A stretch of DNA of 64,000 nucleotides from a virus. Taxonomy: Duplodnaviria; Caudoviricetes. The position numbers were made by a program, and so were the translations under genes. Positions 28,990 through 37,768 of this stretch are shown here, piece after piece. Each line of letters begins with the position of its first letter. Positions within the stretch are counted from its first letter, which is position 1. Location: positions 32,001-96,000 of the IMG/VR virus record IMGVR_UViG_3300029288_000095; one strand, given 5' to 3'. The notes beneath the pieces are model-generated. The model had not been told where the DNA came from and did no database searches. It was given only the letters and a program-made list of their open reading frames with translations.

Positions 28990-29432
28990 TTGTTTGATCC
29001 CAACAGAACTTCACCGCCAGGTCCAGTTTTTGTTCTCATTTTTAAACTTTCTGTATGATGCAATGGTATAGTCATAAAATTGAATTCTAATTGTTTTTCA
29101 AGCGTGTAGATAGTCTGGTTATCGCATTTCTCTTCGCGGATTATATGACCGTCATGCCGCAATTTTTTTATTATCTGCGACATCTTTTCAGATACTTCGC
29201 CGCAGACATGGATCGGATTATTCTGAAGCGTAAAAAGCACATTCACTTCATCAATTTCAAGCGCATGATCCGTATAAAAATCTTCATCATGCTCAATATA
29301 CTCTTCGCCCATGATCTGCTTACAAAGCTTAACGACTTCGCCAAGTGTATAGTTTTCAAGATTAGCATATTCATCTAGTATATGAATCGCGACTGATTTA
29401 CGTCCAGCGTAATAATTTTCATTCTTTTCCAT
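28986..29432 (-). CDS. hypothetical protein
   Basis: GAGGT RBS. Confidence 0.65.
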   Translation of the reverse strand: MEKNENYYAGRKSVAIHILDEYANLENYTLGEVVKLCKQIMGEEYIEHDEDFYTDHALEIDEVNVLFTLQNNPIHVCGEVSEKMSQIIKKLRHDGHIIREEKCDNQTIYTLEKQLEFNFMTIPLHHTESLKMRTKTGPGGEVLLGSNK

Positions 29433-29576
29433 CAGTCTTAACCTCGGTTTTTATTTTTATTTGATGCGCCTTCTCGAAGCACGGGCGGCATAAAACTCCA
29501 ATAAAAGGTACATCCTTTTTCGTATTGTTACACCACAGCCCGAATTGATGGCATTTTATATTTTTTTCTTTTTTAT

Positions 29577-29957
29577 TTACTTCCATTCAAAGTCCCTTGA
29601 AAGTTCTTCGGCTGTAAAACCAGTTGACGGGTCATTCATATCTATATCCTTACTACTTTGATATTTAAGAAAATAAATTATACCGCGTGTAAGCCAATCT
29701 GAATATGCTTCTACCATTACCCATGTAACTGCTCCACGCTTCTTAAACCATTTTTTAAGAATTTCTCCGTGTGACAATATTTTATAATCTGGTGCAACCC
29801 TATATTCATAGTCGTTTCTCAAACATAGTTTAACTACATCAATCCACTTATCATCAGACCCTTTTCTACGGCTTTGTATCCTTGTACCTTCACCAAATTT
29901 TTTTGCAATATATGATGCTGCTAATGCCATATCCCTTGACATACAATATAGTTCCAT
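29577..29957 (-). CDS. hypothetical protein
   Basis: AGGTGG RBS. Confidence 0.65.
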   Translation of the reverse strand: MELYCMSRDMALAASYIAKKFGEGTRIQSRRKGSDDKWIDVVKLCLRNDYEYRVAPDYKILSHGEILKKWFKKRGAVTWVMVEAYSDWLTRGIIYFLKYQSSKDIDMNDPSTGFTAEELSRDFEWK

Positions 29958-29983
29958 AATTAACCACCTATTAGAAATAATAA

Positions 29984-30158
29984 CCCCAGATTTTCATACT
30001 GAGGCGCTATGCGCGGTGGAATTCGTAGCCGCGACGACTTAGGCGATTTCATCCTAGGATTAGCCTAATCTTTTGGTCCGCAGGATTGTATCAAGCAGAC
30101 CGTGCGCCACCCAAGGGGTTGAGCCTTGCGAACACTTTGTTCGGAACCGTCGGTGGCA
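29984..30158 (-). ncRNA. structured RNA: D-armless tRNA-like module followed by four hairpins (array 2, unit 4)
   Basis: TGCCACC/GGTGGCG stem with CAAGG-CTCAACC-CCTTG arm (30105-30158); further hairpins down to 29984. Confidence 0.45.
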
Positions 30159-30166
30159 ATATAAAC

Positions 30167-30381
30167 TCTGGCTATGCGGGTAATCCCGCTATTCTTTCGC
30201 GCTTGTTTCGTGATTGAGGTCCGTAAGCAATAATTTGCAAACTTAATACATCTATGCCATTATTAATTATTTATATATGGATTAAAATGTACTTACCACT
30301 AACTCCCGCCATAGACTACGGCAGACGGCTGACCAACCGAACCTTTATTGCCTGTGTTTCAAAACAACACCGATAGCCAGA
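30167..30381 (-). ncRNA. tRNA-like scaffold with large insert (array 2, unit 3)
   Basis: TCTGGCTAT/ATAGCCAGA terminal stem, CG linker, GTGTT/AACAC arm, GCGGG/CCCGC arm; boxA-like GATCTTTGAAAA 30384-30395. Confidence 0.55.
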
Positions 30382-30404
30382 TTTTTTCAAAGATCAAAAA
30401 GAAA

Positions 30405-30582
30405 ATCTTGTGGGTAGGTCGTTAATCCTACTATGCGCACATGCCACCACATTTCTGTGATAATACCTGTTATTATCGCCCAGTACCTTTACGGCATATG
30501 ATACTACTTAGCTGGAACGAATCTGCGCATGATACAGTTTACTTTCAAATCTGCGTGTCTACTTTCCACGCCGCCACAAGAC
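30405..30582 (-). ncRNA. tRNA-like scaffold with large insert (array 2, unit 2)
   Basis: GTCTTGTGG/CCACAAGAT; GCGTG-GAAAGTAGA-CACGC; GTAGG-ATTAACGA-CCTAC; boxA-like 30583-30593. Confidence 0.65.
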
Positions 30583-30600
30583 TTTCAAAGAACATAAAAA

Positions 30601-30735
30601 AGCTGTACGGCAAATCGTTACTTTTGCTAGGCTGTTTCCACCTTCTACGGATACTATGTATCAGCCGGTTCGGGGTGTGCAAGCCAAGTCCGATCCCATC
30701 TTTGCGTGTCTACGTTTTCCACGCCGCGTACAGCT
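30601..30735 (-). ncRNA. tRNA-like scaffold with insert (array 2, unit 1)
   Basis: AGCTGTACG/CGTACAGCT; GCGTG-GAAAACGTAGA-CACGC; GCAAA-AGTAACGA-TTTGC; boxA-like 30735-30746. Confidence 0.65.
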
Positions 30736-30753
30736 TTCAAAGAACTGTTATAC

Positions 30754-30781
30754 ATTGTACATCAAAATATAAAAATGTCAA
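30754..30781 (-). promoter_or_regulatory. sigma70-like promoter of ncRNA array 2
   Basis: TTGACA-N16-TACAAT then AGTTCTTTGAAA. Confidence 0.75.
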
Positions 30782-30802
30782 GACCGAAAATGCATAAAAA
30801 AA

Positions 30803-30827
30803 GTTGATATTTCGGCAAAGAATAGAA
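30803..30827 (+). promoter_or_regulatory. candidate late promoter GTTGA-N15-TAGAA
   Basis: Directly upstream of head module; motif shared with 12678, 58506, 63465. Confidence 0.5.
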
Positions 30828-30849
30828 CATCAAACAGGGCAATAGAACC

Positions 30850-31692
30850 ATGCTTTTATCCTTTCGAGATGAGATTAATATGCAAAAAAAAGCCGACACT
30901 TCGCCGACTATATATAAAGTAAAAACGCCGTCTGGCAAATGGAAGATTCTTGACAACGCCGAAATGATGTTTAACGGCGTTGGGAAAGTTACCGACCCCG
31001 ATACGAATAAGATCTTTGATCCGAAGGAATATGTTCCGATCAGCTCGCGGGATTTTGCTATTCAGCCGCCAAAGCGCCAGAAAAAAGCCGAAGAAATGTC
31101 CACTGTAGAAATTGATCAGATCGGTTTCCGCGATACGGACGAACGCCCAGCGGGTAAACGCCGGCGAAAGAAAACGCGCAATATGTACACCCAGGAAGAA
31201 GGCGTGGATGACGTGACCTATGAAGGCACTGGCGGCAAGCGCAATCAGTTCAAAAACGTATTGAATAAAGATGATATTTCGGAAGTGTCTATTAACGGTT
31301 TGCCGCTTGTGAACTTTCCGACTTCGGATATCGTTCTTTCCATGCTTGATAGAAAGGCATTTCCGCGGTTTGAGGTTAAAGGAACAACAATAGATATAGA
31401 ACTTGAAAAAGTTCCAGAAGAAAATCGGCGGCAGTTTCTTAAAGATTTTATCGACAATAAAATATCAATCGGCGGTGTTCAGTATAAAGATATGGATGTC
31501 TTGGATAAGAAATCGATCCATGATCTTTATATGAAGTTCAAAATGCGCCCCGTGAAAAAGGTAAGCAAGATAAAAACGAAGCGGAAGACTTCGATGCTTC
31601 CAGAAGAAAAGCCTGACGAGCAGAAGGACAAAGAAGAACAATACGACTACCCGATGCTGCACGATCAGATGAATATGATGCAAGAACGCTAA
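30850..31692 (+). CDS. hypothetical head-module protein
   Basis: 280 aa (start may be 30880), upstream of portal. Confidence 0.7.
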   Translation: MLLSFRDEINMQKKADTSPTIYKVKTPSGKWKILDNAEMMFNGVGKVTDPDTNKIFDPKEYVPISSRDFAIQPPKRQKKAEEMSTVEIDQIGFRDTDERPAGKRRRKKTRNMYTQEEGVDDVTYEGTGGKRNQFKNVLNKDDISEVSINGLPLVNFPTSDIVLSMLDRKAFPRFEVKGTTIDIELEKVPEENRRQFLKDFIDNKISIGGVQYKDMDVLDKKSIHDLYMKFKMRPVKKVSKIKTKRKTSMLPEEKPDEQKDKEEQYDYPMLHDQMNMMQER

Positions 31693-31717
31693 AAAGTTGA
31701 TATTAAGGAAGTAATAC

Positions 31718-31966
31718 ATGGAACAAGACAAAGAGCAAATCATTTATAATAAAGGCATTCTTACATCGACGCTCGGCGCGGTTGTAGCAAATATTGAAAA
31801 AATTAAAAGCGAAATCTTTTTCCTTTATGACGAAACGCTTCCGGATGATGAAACTAAGAATGACCTTGATATGGTTTTGATAAAGCTCGCTGAAGCGCAA
31901 GAGGAAATTCTTACTATTGTAAAAAAGAATAGCGCGGATTCTGATTCATACATGTCATACATGTGA
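31718..31966 (+). CDS. hypothetical protein
   Basis: AAGGA RBS. Confidence 0.65.
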   Translation: MEQDKEQIIYNKGILTSTLGAVVANIEKIKSEIFFLYDETLPDDETKNDLDMVLIKLAEAQEEILTIVKKNSADSDSYMSYM

Positions 31967-31977
31967 GTTAAAAACAA

Positions 31978-33645
31978 ATGAAAAACGAACAACCAACACT
32001 ACCTTTAGGAAAAACGGCGATGAAAAAAGGCGGCGAAAGTCTTTCTGATGGGCTTGTGAAAAAAGCTAGTTCAATGGCGGCAGCTTCATCGTCGTCTGGA
32101 ACGGGCGTACAGCCGACAAGTACGTATCATCCGCTGTATCAGGCGACTTCGCTGATATTGCCTACGAGAATTCGTGAAATAAATCAATGGACAAGATCAT
32201 TTTATAAAAAAGAACCTCTTGTTTACACCGGAACAAATTTAAATGCCGAATTTCCTATAACTGGTTTTAGAAATCTTTGTTCGGATAAAAAAGTACAAGA
32301 CTATTTTGACCATATGGCATTTGATGTTTGGAATATTAACAAGCTGCTAAGTTTTGTATCCCTTGAACACGAAAAAATTGGAAATGTTTTCGTTACAGGG
32401 ACGTGGGATGAAGAAAATGGAACTTGGAAAAAATTCCAGTGTCTAAATCCAGATTATGTTGAAGTCGAATCTACACCATTTGCAGATAAACCAATACTCA
32501 GCCTTGACCCCGATGATGGTCTTCGTCGTGTAGTAAAAGAGCGTTCTCCAAAAGCGCTTTATGATCAGCTTGATCCAGTAATGATAGAGTATATATCCAA
32601 GGGCAAGAAAGTACCTTTGTCTGATATCCAAATTGTATTGCAAAAAAGCCGACAGCGCGAAGACGGGGCTGAAGTAACCGAAGAAAAAGAATACTCTTTT
32701 CCGCAAGTCTGGCATTTGGCAAATAAAAATTCTCCATACGAAGCTTACGGCACTTCTCCTATTTATGCTTGCCTACAAGCTTTGATATATAAAGACCTTA
32801 TACGCCAGACACAGTTTTCTATCGCTCGCCGGCATTGGAAGCCGATTAAGGTTGTGAAGGTTGGCGATCAGAATAATCGCGCGAATACAGCCACGTTGAA
32901 GGCTGTACAGCAAAAGCTTATGGAAGCTTCTTCCACGAATGATGGATGGCTTATTTGGCATAACTATCTTACGGTAGATTATATCGGATCTTCGGGACAT
33001 CTTGTACCGATGGATCGCGAGTTAGAGTGGGTTAACAGTGAAATTTACGCCGCGCTCGGAATAAATAAAGCAATGATCATGGGCGAAAGCGTGAACTATG
33101 CTTCGGCGAACGTAGGGCTTAAAATATTGATTGGGCGCTACGAACGCAGACAGAAAATGTATACTGAATTCATAAAAGAATTTATTTATAAGCCCGTTGC
33201 GCGTGTGCAAGAGTTTTATAAGACGACCGCCGATGGACATCAAGAACTTATCATACCCGATATTGAATGGGGAATGATGCGTATGTTTGATGACGCACAG
33301 CAAAAAACGCTTCTGCAATCGCTTCAGAAGGCGGGTCTTGTCAGCAAACGTTCGCTGCTTACTTTCTGTAATATTGACTTTGATCGCGAAAAGGAACTTA
33401 TTTCAAAAGAAAAAGAAGAAGAACGCCAAGCCAAGACGAAAGAAAAGTTTGAAGATAAAAAGACAAATACCAGCCTGAATAAAACAGACAAGGGTGGTGA
33501 TACTGGTGGCGATAAACAATTGGAACTCGATCTCGGAGGCGGGGGTGAAGCGGGTGCTGGAGGTGGCGAAACGCCAGCAGAAGCACCGAAAACACCGCCA
33601 GCGGAAACCGCGCCAGCAGAAGCACCGTTAGAACTTAACATCTAA
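31978..33645 (+). CDS. portal protein
   Basis: 555 aa; IGNVF, LNPDYVEV, YGTSPI, IYAALGI, LIIPDIEW pattern of large-phage portals; position before protease and MCP. Confidence 0.85.
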   Translation: MKNEQPTLPLGKTAMKKGGESLSDGLVKKASSMAAASSSSGTGVQPTSTYHPLYQATSLILPTRIREINQWTRSFYKKEPLVYTGTNLNAEFPITGFRNLCSDKKVQDYFDHMAFDVWNINKLLSFVSLEHEKIGNVFVTGTWDEENGTWKKFQCLNPDYVEVESTPFADKPILSLDPDDGLRRVVKERSPKALYDQLDPVMIEYISKGKKVPLSDIQIVLQKSRQREDGAEVTEEKEYSFPQVWHLANKNSPYEAYGTSPIYACLQALIYKDLIRQTQFSIARRHWKPIKVVKVGDQNNRANTATLKAVQQKLMEASSTNDGWLIWHNYLTVDYIGSSGHLVPMDRELEWVNSEIYAALGINKAMIMGESVNYASANVGLKILIGRYERRQKMYTEFIKEFIYKPVARVQEFYKTTADGHQELIIPDIEWGMMRMFDDAQQKTLLQSLQKAGLVSKRSLLTFCNIDFDREKELISKEKEEERQAKTKEKFEDKKTNTSLNKTDKGGDTGGDKQLELDLGGGGEAGAGGGETPAEAPKTPPAETAPAEAPLELNI

Positions 33646-33656
33646 GGAGAAAAGCC

Positions 33657-33818
33657 ATGATGATAAAAACTGGAACAGTCGTTCAAGATTCAATCACGAA
33701 GGTTGAAATTGACGGAAATAGTGAAATAATAACCGAAACTGTTATCAAAGCGAAAAAGAGAAAAGATTTTCTTGACGAAGAGGAACTAAGTTATGATGTG
33801 TGTACTATTGATCAATAA
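33657..33818 (+). pseudogene. 5' part of a small gene interrupted by the TnpB element (3' part 34983-35034)
   Basis: AAGGAG RBS; joining 33799 to 34983 restores an in-frame 64-aa ORF ending TAA that overlaps the protease ATG. Confidence 0.55.
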
Positions 33819-34982
33819 AATCAATTTTACGGGTATGTAACATGGTTTTGTATACCCGTGTAGCCGTACCAGCCATTAAAATATTTCTTGCTGCGTTTAA
33901 ATCTCTGTCAAGGACTAACCCGCAATGATTGCAACTATGGATTCTGACATTAAATGCTTTTGGAACCATAGCCCCGCAACCAGAACAGATTTGAGAAGTG
34001 TTCTTGGGATTTACTTTAATAAGTTCTTTACCAGCGTATTCTGCTTTATAACGAAGCATATCAAAGAATTGGAACCAAGCGACATCTTTCATACTCCTAT
34101 TCAGAGCCGTATAAGTATTCCACGATTTCATGCCTTCAATGCAAATCACATCATAATTTTTAATGTAATGATTTGCAACTTTATGTTGAAAATCTCGACG
34201 TTGATTTGCAATGTATTCGTGGATTTTCGCAACTTTTATTCTTTGTTTTTCCCTCCTTTTAGATTGACGTTGCTTCTTAGAAAGTTTTTTTTGTTCTTTT
34301 GCCAATTTTTCTTGACTACGATTCAAAAATCTTGGATTTTCTATTTTCATTCCATCGCTATCTGTTATAAAAGATTCACACCCAACATCAATTCCAATAG
34401 ATTGATTAGTTTTTTTAATCATATTTTTTGGAACATCGCTACAAGATATGCATACAAACCATTTTCCAATTGTGTTTTTGCATATAGTAATTGTTTTTAT
34501 TCTACCGATTATATTTCTATGGAATTTTATTTTAAATGTACCAATTTTTCTAATAACAAGTTTATTGTCTACAATTTTCCATCCAGCTTGGGACAAAGTA
34601 AACGAATTATATCTGTTATATTTTTTAAAACGAGGATATCCTGGTTTTTCGCCGCGCTTGATTCTATTAAAAAAACCATTAAATGCTTTTTCAACTCTAT
34701 CGGTAACGTCATAAAGCGTTTGAGACGGTACTTGTTTATATTCAGGGAATTCGTTTTTCAAGTCTGGAAGTTGATAATTTTGGTCATAGCTAGAAATATT
34801 TTTTTTCGTGTGAGCATAGTAATTGCGTCTTTGTTCAAGACAAAGGTTATACACCAAACGACAAAGTTCAAGAACGGTGTTGGCTTTCTTTTCAGTCTCT
34901 TTATTCAGATATGCTCTGAATTTGAAGGTTTTATTCATTTATTTCCATGTTACTTCTATAATATAATCAATATTTCAAAAAA
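33800..34982 (-). mobile_element. IS200/IS605-family (IS1341-like) TnpB-only element
   Basis: tnpB without tnpA; 5' flank TTGAC; right end ...TAGTACAC with subterminal hairpins ACGGGTAT/ATACCCGT and ATTGAT/ATCAAT. Confidence 0.7.
33805..34938 (-). CDS. tnpB: RNA-guided endonuclease TnpB
   Basis: KTFKFRAY, PGYPRFKK, RuvC GIDVG / IEGM / DRDLNAARNI, TSQICSGCG...CNHCG zinc finger. Confidence 0.95.
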   Translation of the reverse strand: MNKTFKFRAYLNKETEKKANTVLELCRLVYNLCLEQRRNYYAHTKKNISSYDQNYQLPDLKNEFPEYKQVPSQTLYDVTDRVEKAFNGFFNRIKRGEKPGYPRFKKYNRYNSFTLSQAGWKIVDNKLVIRKIGTFKIKFHRNIIGRIKTITICKNTIGKWFVCISCSDVPKNMIKKTNQSIGIDVGCESFITDSDGMKIENPRFLNRSQEKLAKEQKKLSKKQRQSKRREKQRIKVAKIHEYIANQRRDFQHKVANHYIKNYDVICIEGMKSWNTYTALNRSMKDVAWFQFFDMLRYKAEYAGKELIKVNPKNTSQICSGCGAMVPKAFNVRIHSCNHCGLVLDRDLNAARNILMAGTATRVYKTMLHTRKIDFIDQ

Positions 34983-35033
34983 GTCAAAAGTTGATTTTAG
35001 GGTAAAAGCTGAATCATCAATAAGGATCTCATA

Positions 35034-35951
35034 ATGATGTACAAAACAGCATCCTGGGGAGATAACGTAACTTCATACGAAGTGATTGAGCGCGATCATG
35101 CGAAATCACGGGGTAATGAATATTCGTTAAGTGTCTTCGGGAGCAAATCGCGGTTTCAGAAAAAATATGCTTATGTTCTTGATGATTATCGTAGCCGTAT
35201 TGCTTCTAAAATAAAAGCGCAGAATCTTACAATCGGAAATTACGATCCAGAATTTCATTACTTTCGTGTTATAGCTGTCCACGGCGACACGCCGAATGAT
35301 AACGGTGATATGTTTCGTTGGGGTAGCATGGATGATAAAAATTCGCCTGAGCTTATGCGCTTTGATAAGCAAACTGAAAGATATGTTTACGAAAGTTTTG
35401 TCGGTCGTGGCAACTTTAAAAACCACGCCAATGATGATGTATCAAAAGCAGTCGGTATCGTTCTTGATTCTGTGCCTAATCATAATGGTCGCTTTATTGA
35501 ATGTCTGCTTGCGGTGGACGAGGTTAAAGATCCTGAACTGGTAAGGTCGATCAATAAGGGCTACATCAACGCCGTTTCGATGGGCGCTGTTGTCGGGCAT
35601 TCGTATTGCAGCGTCTGCAACAATATGGCTAAAACCGAAGCGGATTTCTGCGATCACGTTAAGTTCCATAAGGCGCAGAAGATCCACATCGGTGGGAAAG
35701 AACAGCACGTCTACGAAGATAACCGCAATGTGAATTTTATAGAATTGAGCTGGGTTACGGTTCCCGCAGATAAATCGGCGCTTCTTCTTGAAAAAGTTGC
35801 AAGCCGCGTCCAGCGCGGAGAACAGATAGACCTTGGCGATGAAAAGATGGTTAATGCCGTAGCGACGTGGATATATCTCTACGGCGAAGAACATACAAGA
35901 AATCTTCTCGGCGGTATTGTTGATGCCGTGCAAGACATAAAAAACATCTAG
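35034..35951 (+). CDS. prohead maturation protease
   Basis: NDNGD, FKNH, GIVLD, VSMG (catalytic Ser), CSVC..C.H, FIELSWVTVPAD; lies between portal and MCP. Confidence 0.8.
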   Translation: MMYKTASWGDNVTSYEVIERDHAKSRGNEYSLSVFGSKSRFQKKYAYVLDDYRSRIASKIKAQNLTIGNYDPEFHYFRVIAVHGDTPNDNGDMFRWGSMDDKNSPELMRFDKQTERYVYESFVGRGNFKNHANDDVSKAVGIVLDSVPNHNGRFIECLLAVDEVKDPELVRSINKGYINAVSMGAVVGHSYCSVCNNMAKTEADFCDHVKFHKAQKIHIGGKEQHVYEDNRNVNFIELSWVTVPADKSALLLEKVASRVQRGEQIDLGDEKMVNAVATWIYLYGEEHTRNLLGGIVDAVQDIKNI

Positions 35952-35961
35952 GAGTATTACG

Positions 35962-36504
35962 ATGGGATTTTCAAGAAACAAAATGTCTATTGGAATGAGC
36001 GAACGCCAACGCGCAATACAGGCTGATCTTAATGCTCGTTCACAGCAAAAGGGCGGTAATGTTAATCCAGAAGTTCTTGGCGCTATAAATACTGAAGAAT
36101 TTTCTTTTGCTGGATCTCTCGGGATACCGAATGAAGCGGTTATCACGGCGGCGACTAAAGCTGGTGGCAATTCTGTTCCAGGAATGGGTATGAAGCTTAA
36201 CCCCGAAATAGAAGCTATCGTTGCGAAGGCAAAGAATCGGCTTACTTCGGTTGCGGGTATGGTTCCACAGCAAACCACTAGTGATGTTTTTGTAACTGAT
36301 CCAAGTCAGTCCGCTGTGCCGCGCATTGCTATGAATAAGCAAGCCGCGAAAGATGAACTTTCTACGCGCAAGGCGAATCTTATTCTGAAACGCAACGCCA
36401 AAATGAAACAGATGGAATGGTCACAAGACAAGAATCTTAAAGTTGAAGTGGCCGATATGAACCGCGAAATTAAGAAGATCGATTCACAGCTTCAAGGACT
36501 CTAA
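35962..36504 (+). CDS. hypothetical head-module protein
   Basis: 180 aa, GGAG RBS. Confidence 0.7.
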   Translation: MGFSRNKMSIGMSERQRAIQADLNARSQQKGGNVNPEVLGAINTEEFSFAGSLGIPNEAVITAATKAGGNSVPGMGMKLNPEIEAIVAKAKNRLTSVAGMVPQQTTSDVFVTDPSQSAVPRIAMNKQAAKDELSTRKANLILKRNAKMKQMEWSQDKNLKVEVADMNREIKKIDSQLQGL

Positions 36505-36506
36505 TT

Positions 36507-37316
36507 ATGTTTACAACCTATGCTTCCCGAGCAAACCTTCTGGTCGAAAAGATTAAAATTACGGCAGAAGAACAAGCCATACTGGACCTATTCAAAGAAA
36601 GTCAATCAATTGAATTGGATCAGATACCTTACCGCATGGCGAATAAAGATTTTCAATCGCTTATGCAGAAGGGCTACGTGCGGACGGCTGGGAACAACAC
36701 GGTTATTCTTTTGAAGAAGGCTGAAGAAAAAAACGATCCTATTATGGTCGATTCTGCCGGTCAATATATTATAACAATTACTTTTGAAAAACCGATATCA
36801 AATGAAATAACGCATAATATAAGTCAAGATTTTATTGCGCCCGTTATTGAAGCACAAGACGGCGAATATCCTTTACCGCGAATAGAAGTTGACGGTAATA
36901 AAATGCATATTATCGTTCCAGAAAATGTTGATGAATATGAATATAAAAAAATTCTTCAAAAACCAATTGATGATTATGTTGCACTTGCTGGATATAAACC
37001 CGTGAATGCATCATTCAATAAAAATATTTATGAAAAATCTAAACCAAGTATCATTGCTTTGAAACAGAAGCAAGCCGAAACTCCTACAGAAATTGAAATG
37101 GAACATAAAAAAACGTTTGATAAAATCAGAAAAGACGTTAAAGAAGATGGCAAGCTTGACATGAAGGATAAAGATATCGCCAAAAGCATTTCTAAAGATC
37201 ATGGCAAAGAACTTGATCCGAAGAACCCCGCCGAAGGCGTAAAAGAATATTATGATGAAAAGACGGGACTGCCGGCATTTGAAAAAAAGCTTGAAAAGAA
37301 AGAGGAGAAGAAATAA
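36507..37316 (+). CDS. head-module protein
   Basis: 269 aa; IEMEH...IAKSISKDH..E...YY motif. Confidence 0.65.
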   Translation: MFTTYASRANLLVEKIKITAEEQAILDLFKESQSIELDQIPYRMANKDFQSLMQKGYVRTAGNNTVILLKKAEEKNDPIMVDSAGQYIITITFEKPISNEITHNISQDFIAPVIEAQDGEYPLPRIEVDGNKMHIIVPENVDEYEYKKILQKPIDDYVALAGYKPVNASFNKNIYEKSKPSIIALKQKQAETPTEIEMEHKKTFDKIRKDVKEDGKLDMKDKDIAKSISKDHGKELDPKNPAEGVKEYYDEKTGLPAFEKKLEKKEEKK

Positions 37317-37729
37317 TGGAAAAGCAAGCGCTTGACGATGAACCTAAAAAGCACAAGAAAGATAATTATACTTTCTATCCAGAACTGTCTGGAGCTGGTG
37401 ATCCAGATCTGATCAAGAAACGGATCACCGAACTGAAAGGCGCGATCAAGGCTTTGTCTAAAGACGCCGAGTTCTTTTCAAAGGAAATCCAGAATCTTCA
37501 GTCTTATGTTGATCTGTTTGAAAACATGATAGGTAAGAAGAAAGAAGAAGGATCTGAAAAGCAAGCCGGCGTTCTTCCTAAAAAAGCCAACCAGCTTGAC
37601 GTTATGGATTTTAAGAAAAAGAAAGAAAACGAAGCGGCGTTTTATTCCAAAGCCTACGGCGACAAAGGCTTTGCGTCTAAACTGACTAAAGACTATAAAC
37701 CGTCTGGGCGGTCATTCCCGAAGGTTTAA
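37316..37729 (+). CDS. head-module protein sharing a KAYGD repeat with the scaffold
   Basis: C-terminal ~50 aa closely similar to an internal scaffold segment. Confidence 0.7.
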   Translation: MEKQALDDEPKKHKKDNYTFYPELSGAGDPDLIKKRITELKGAIKALSKDAEFFSKEIQNLQSYVDLFENMIGKKKEEGSEKQAGVLPKKANQLDVMDFKKKKENEAAFYSKAYGDKGFASKLTKDYKPSGRSFPKV

Positions 37730-37768
37730 TTCTTTATAAACTATGAAAGCAATTTTAGGAGATTTCTA

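Noticed and set aside
30405-30735. Canonical tRNA-Leu/Ser genes
   Set aside because: The D-arm resembles class II tRNAs, but there is no 7-nt anticodon loop, no GTTC T-loop, no CCA, and the lengths are excessive
25830-30746. CRISPR array suggested by recurring TTTCAAAGAAC
   Set aside because: The repeat is only 9-12 nt and the intervening units are 135-220 nt, variable and structured; no cas genes in the window
30441-30797. 118-aa + strand ORF (and similarly 23947..24153 on the - strand)
   Set aside because: No RBS, atypical composition, and they overlap structured ncRNA elements
33800-34982. IStron (self-splicing intron-IS chimera)
   Set aside because: The element is antisense to the host gene and almost fully occupied by tnpB, leaving no room for a group I core
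33925-35034. 369-aa + strand ORF
   Set aside because: Antisense shadow of tnpB; only its last ~16 codons are meaningful, as the tail of the interrupted gene
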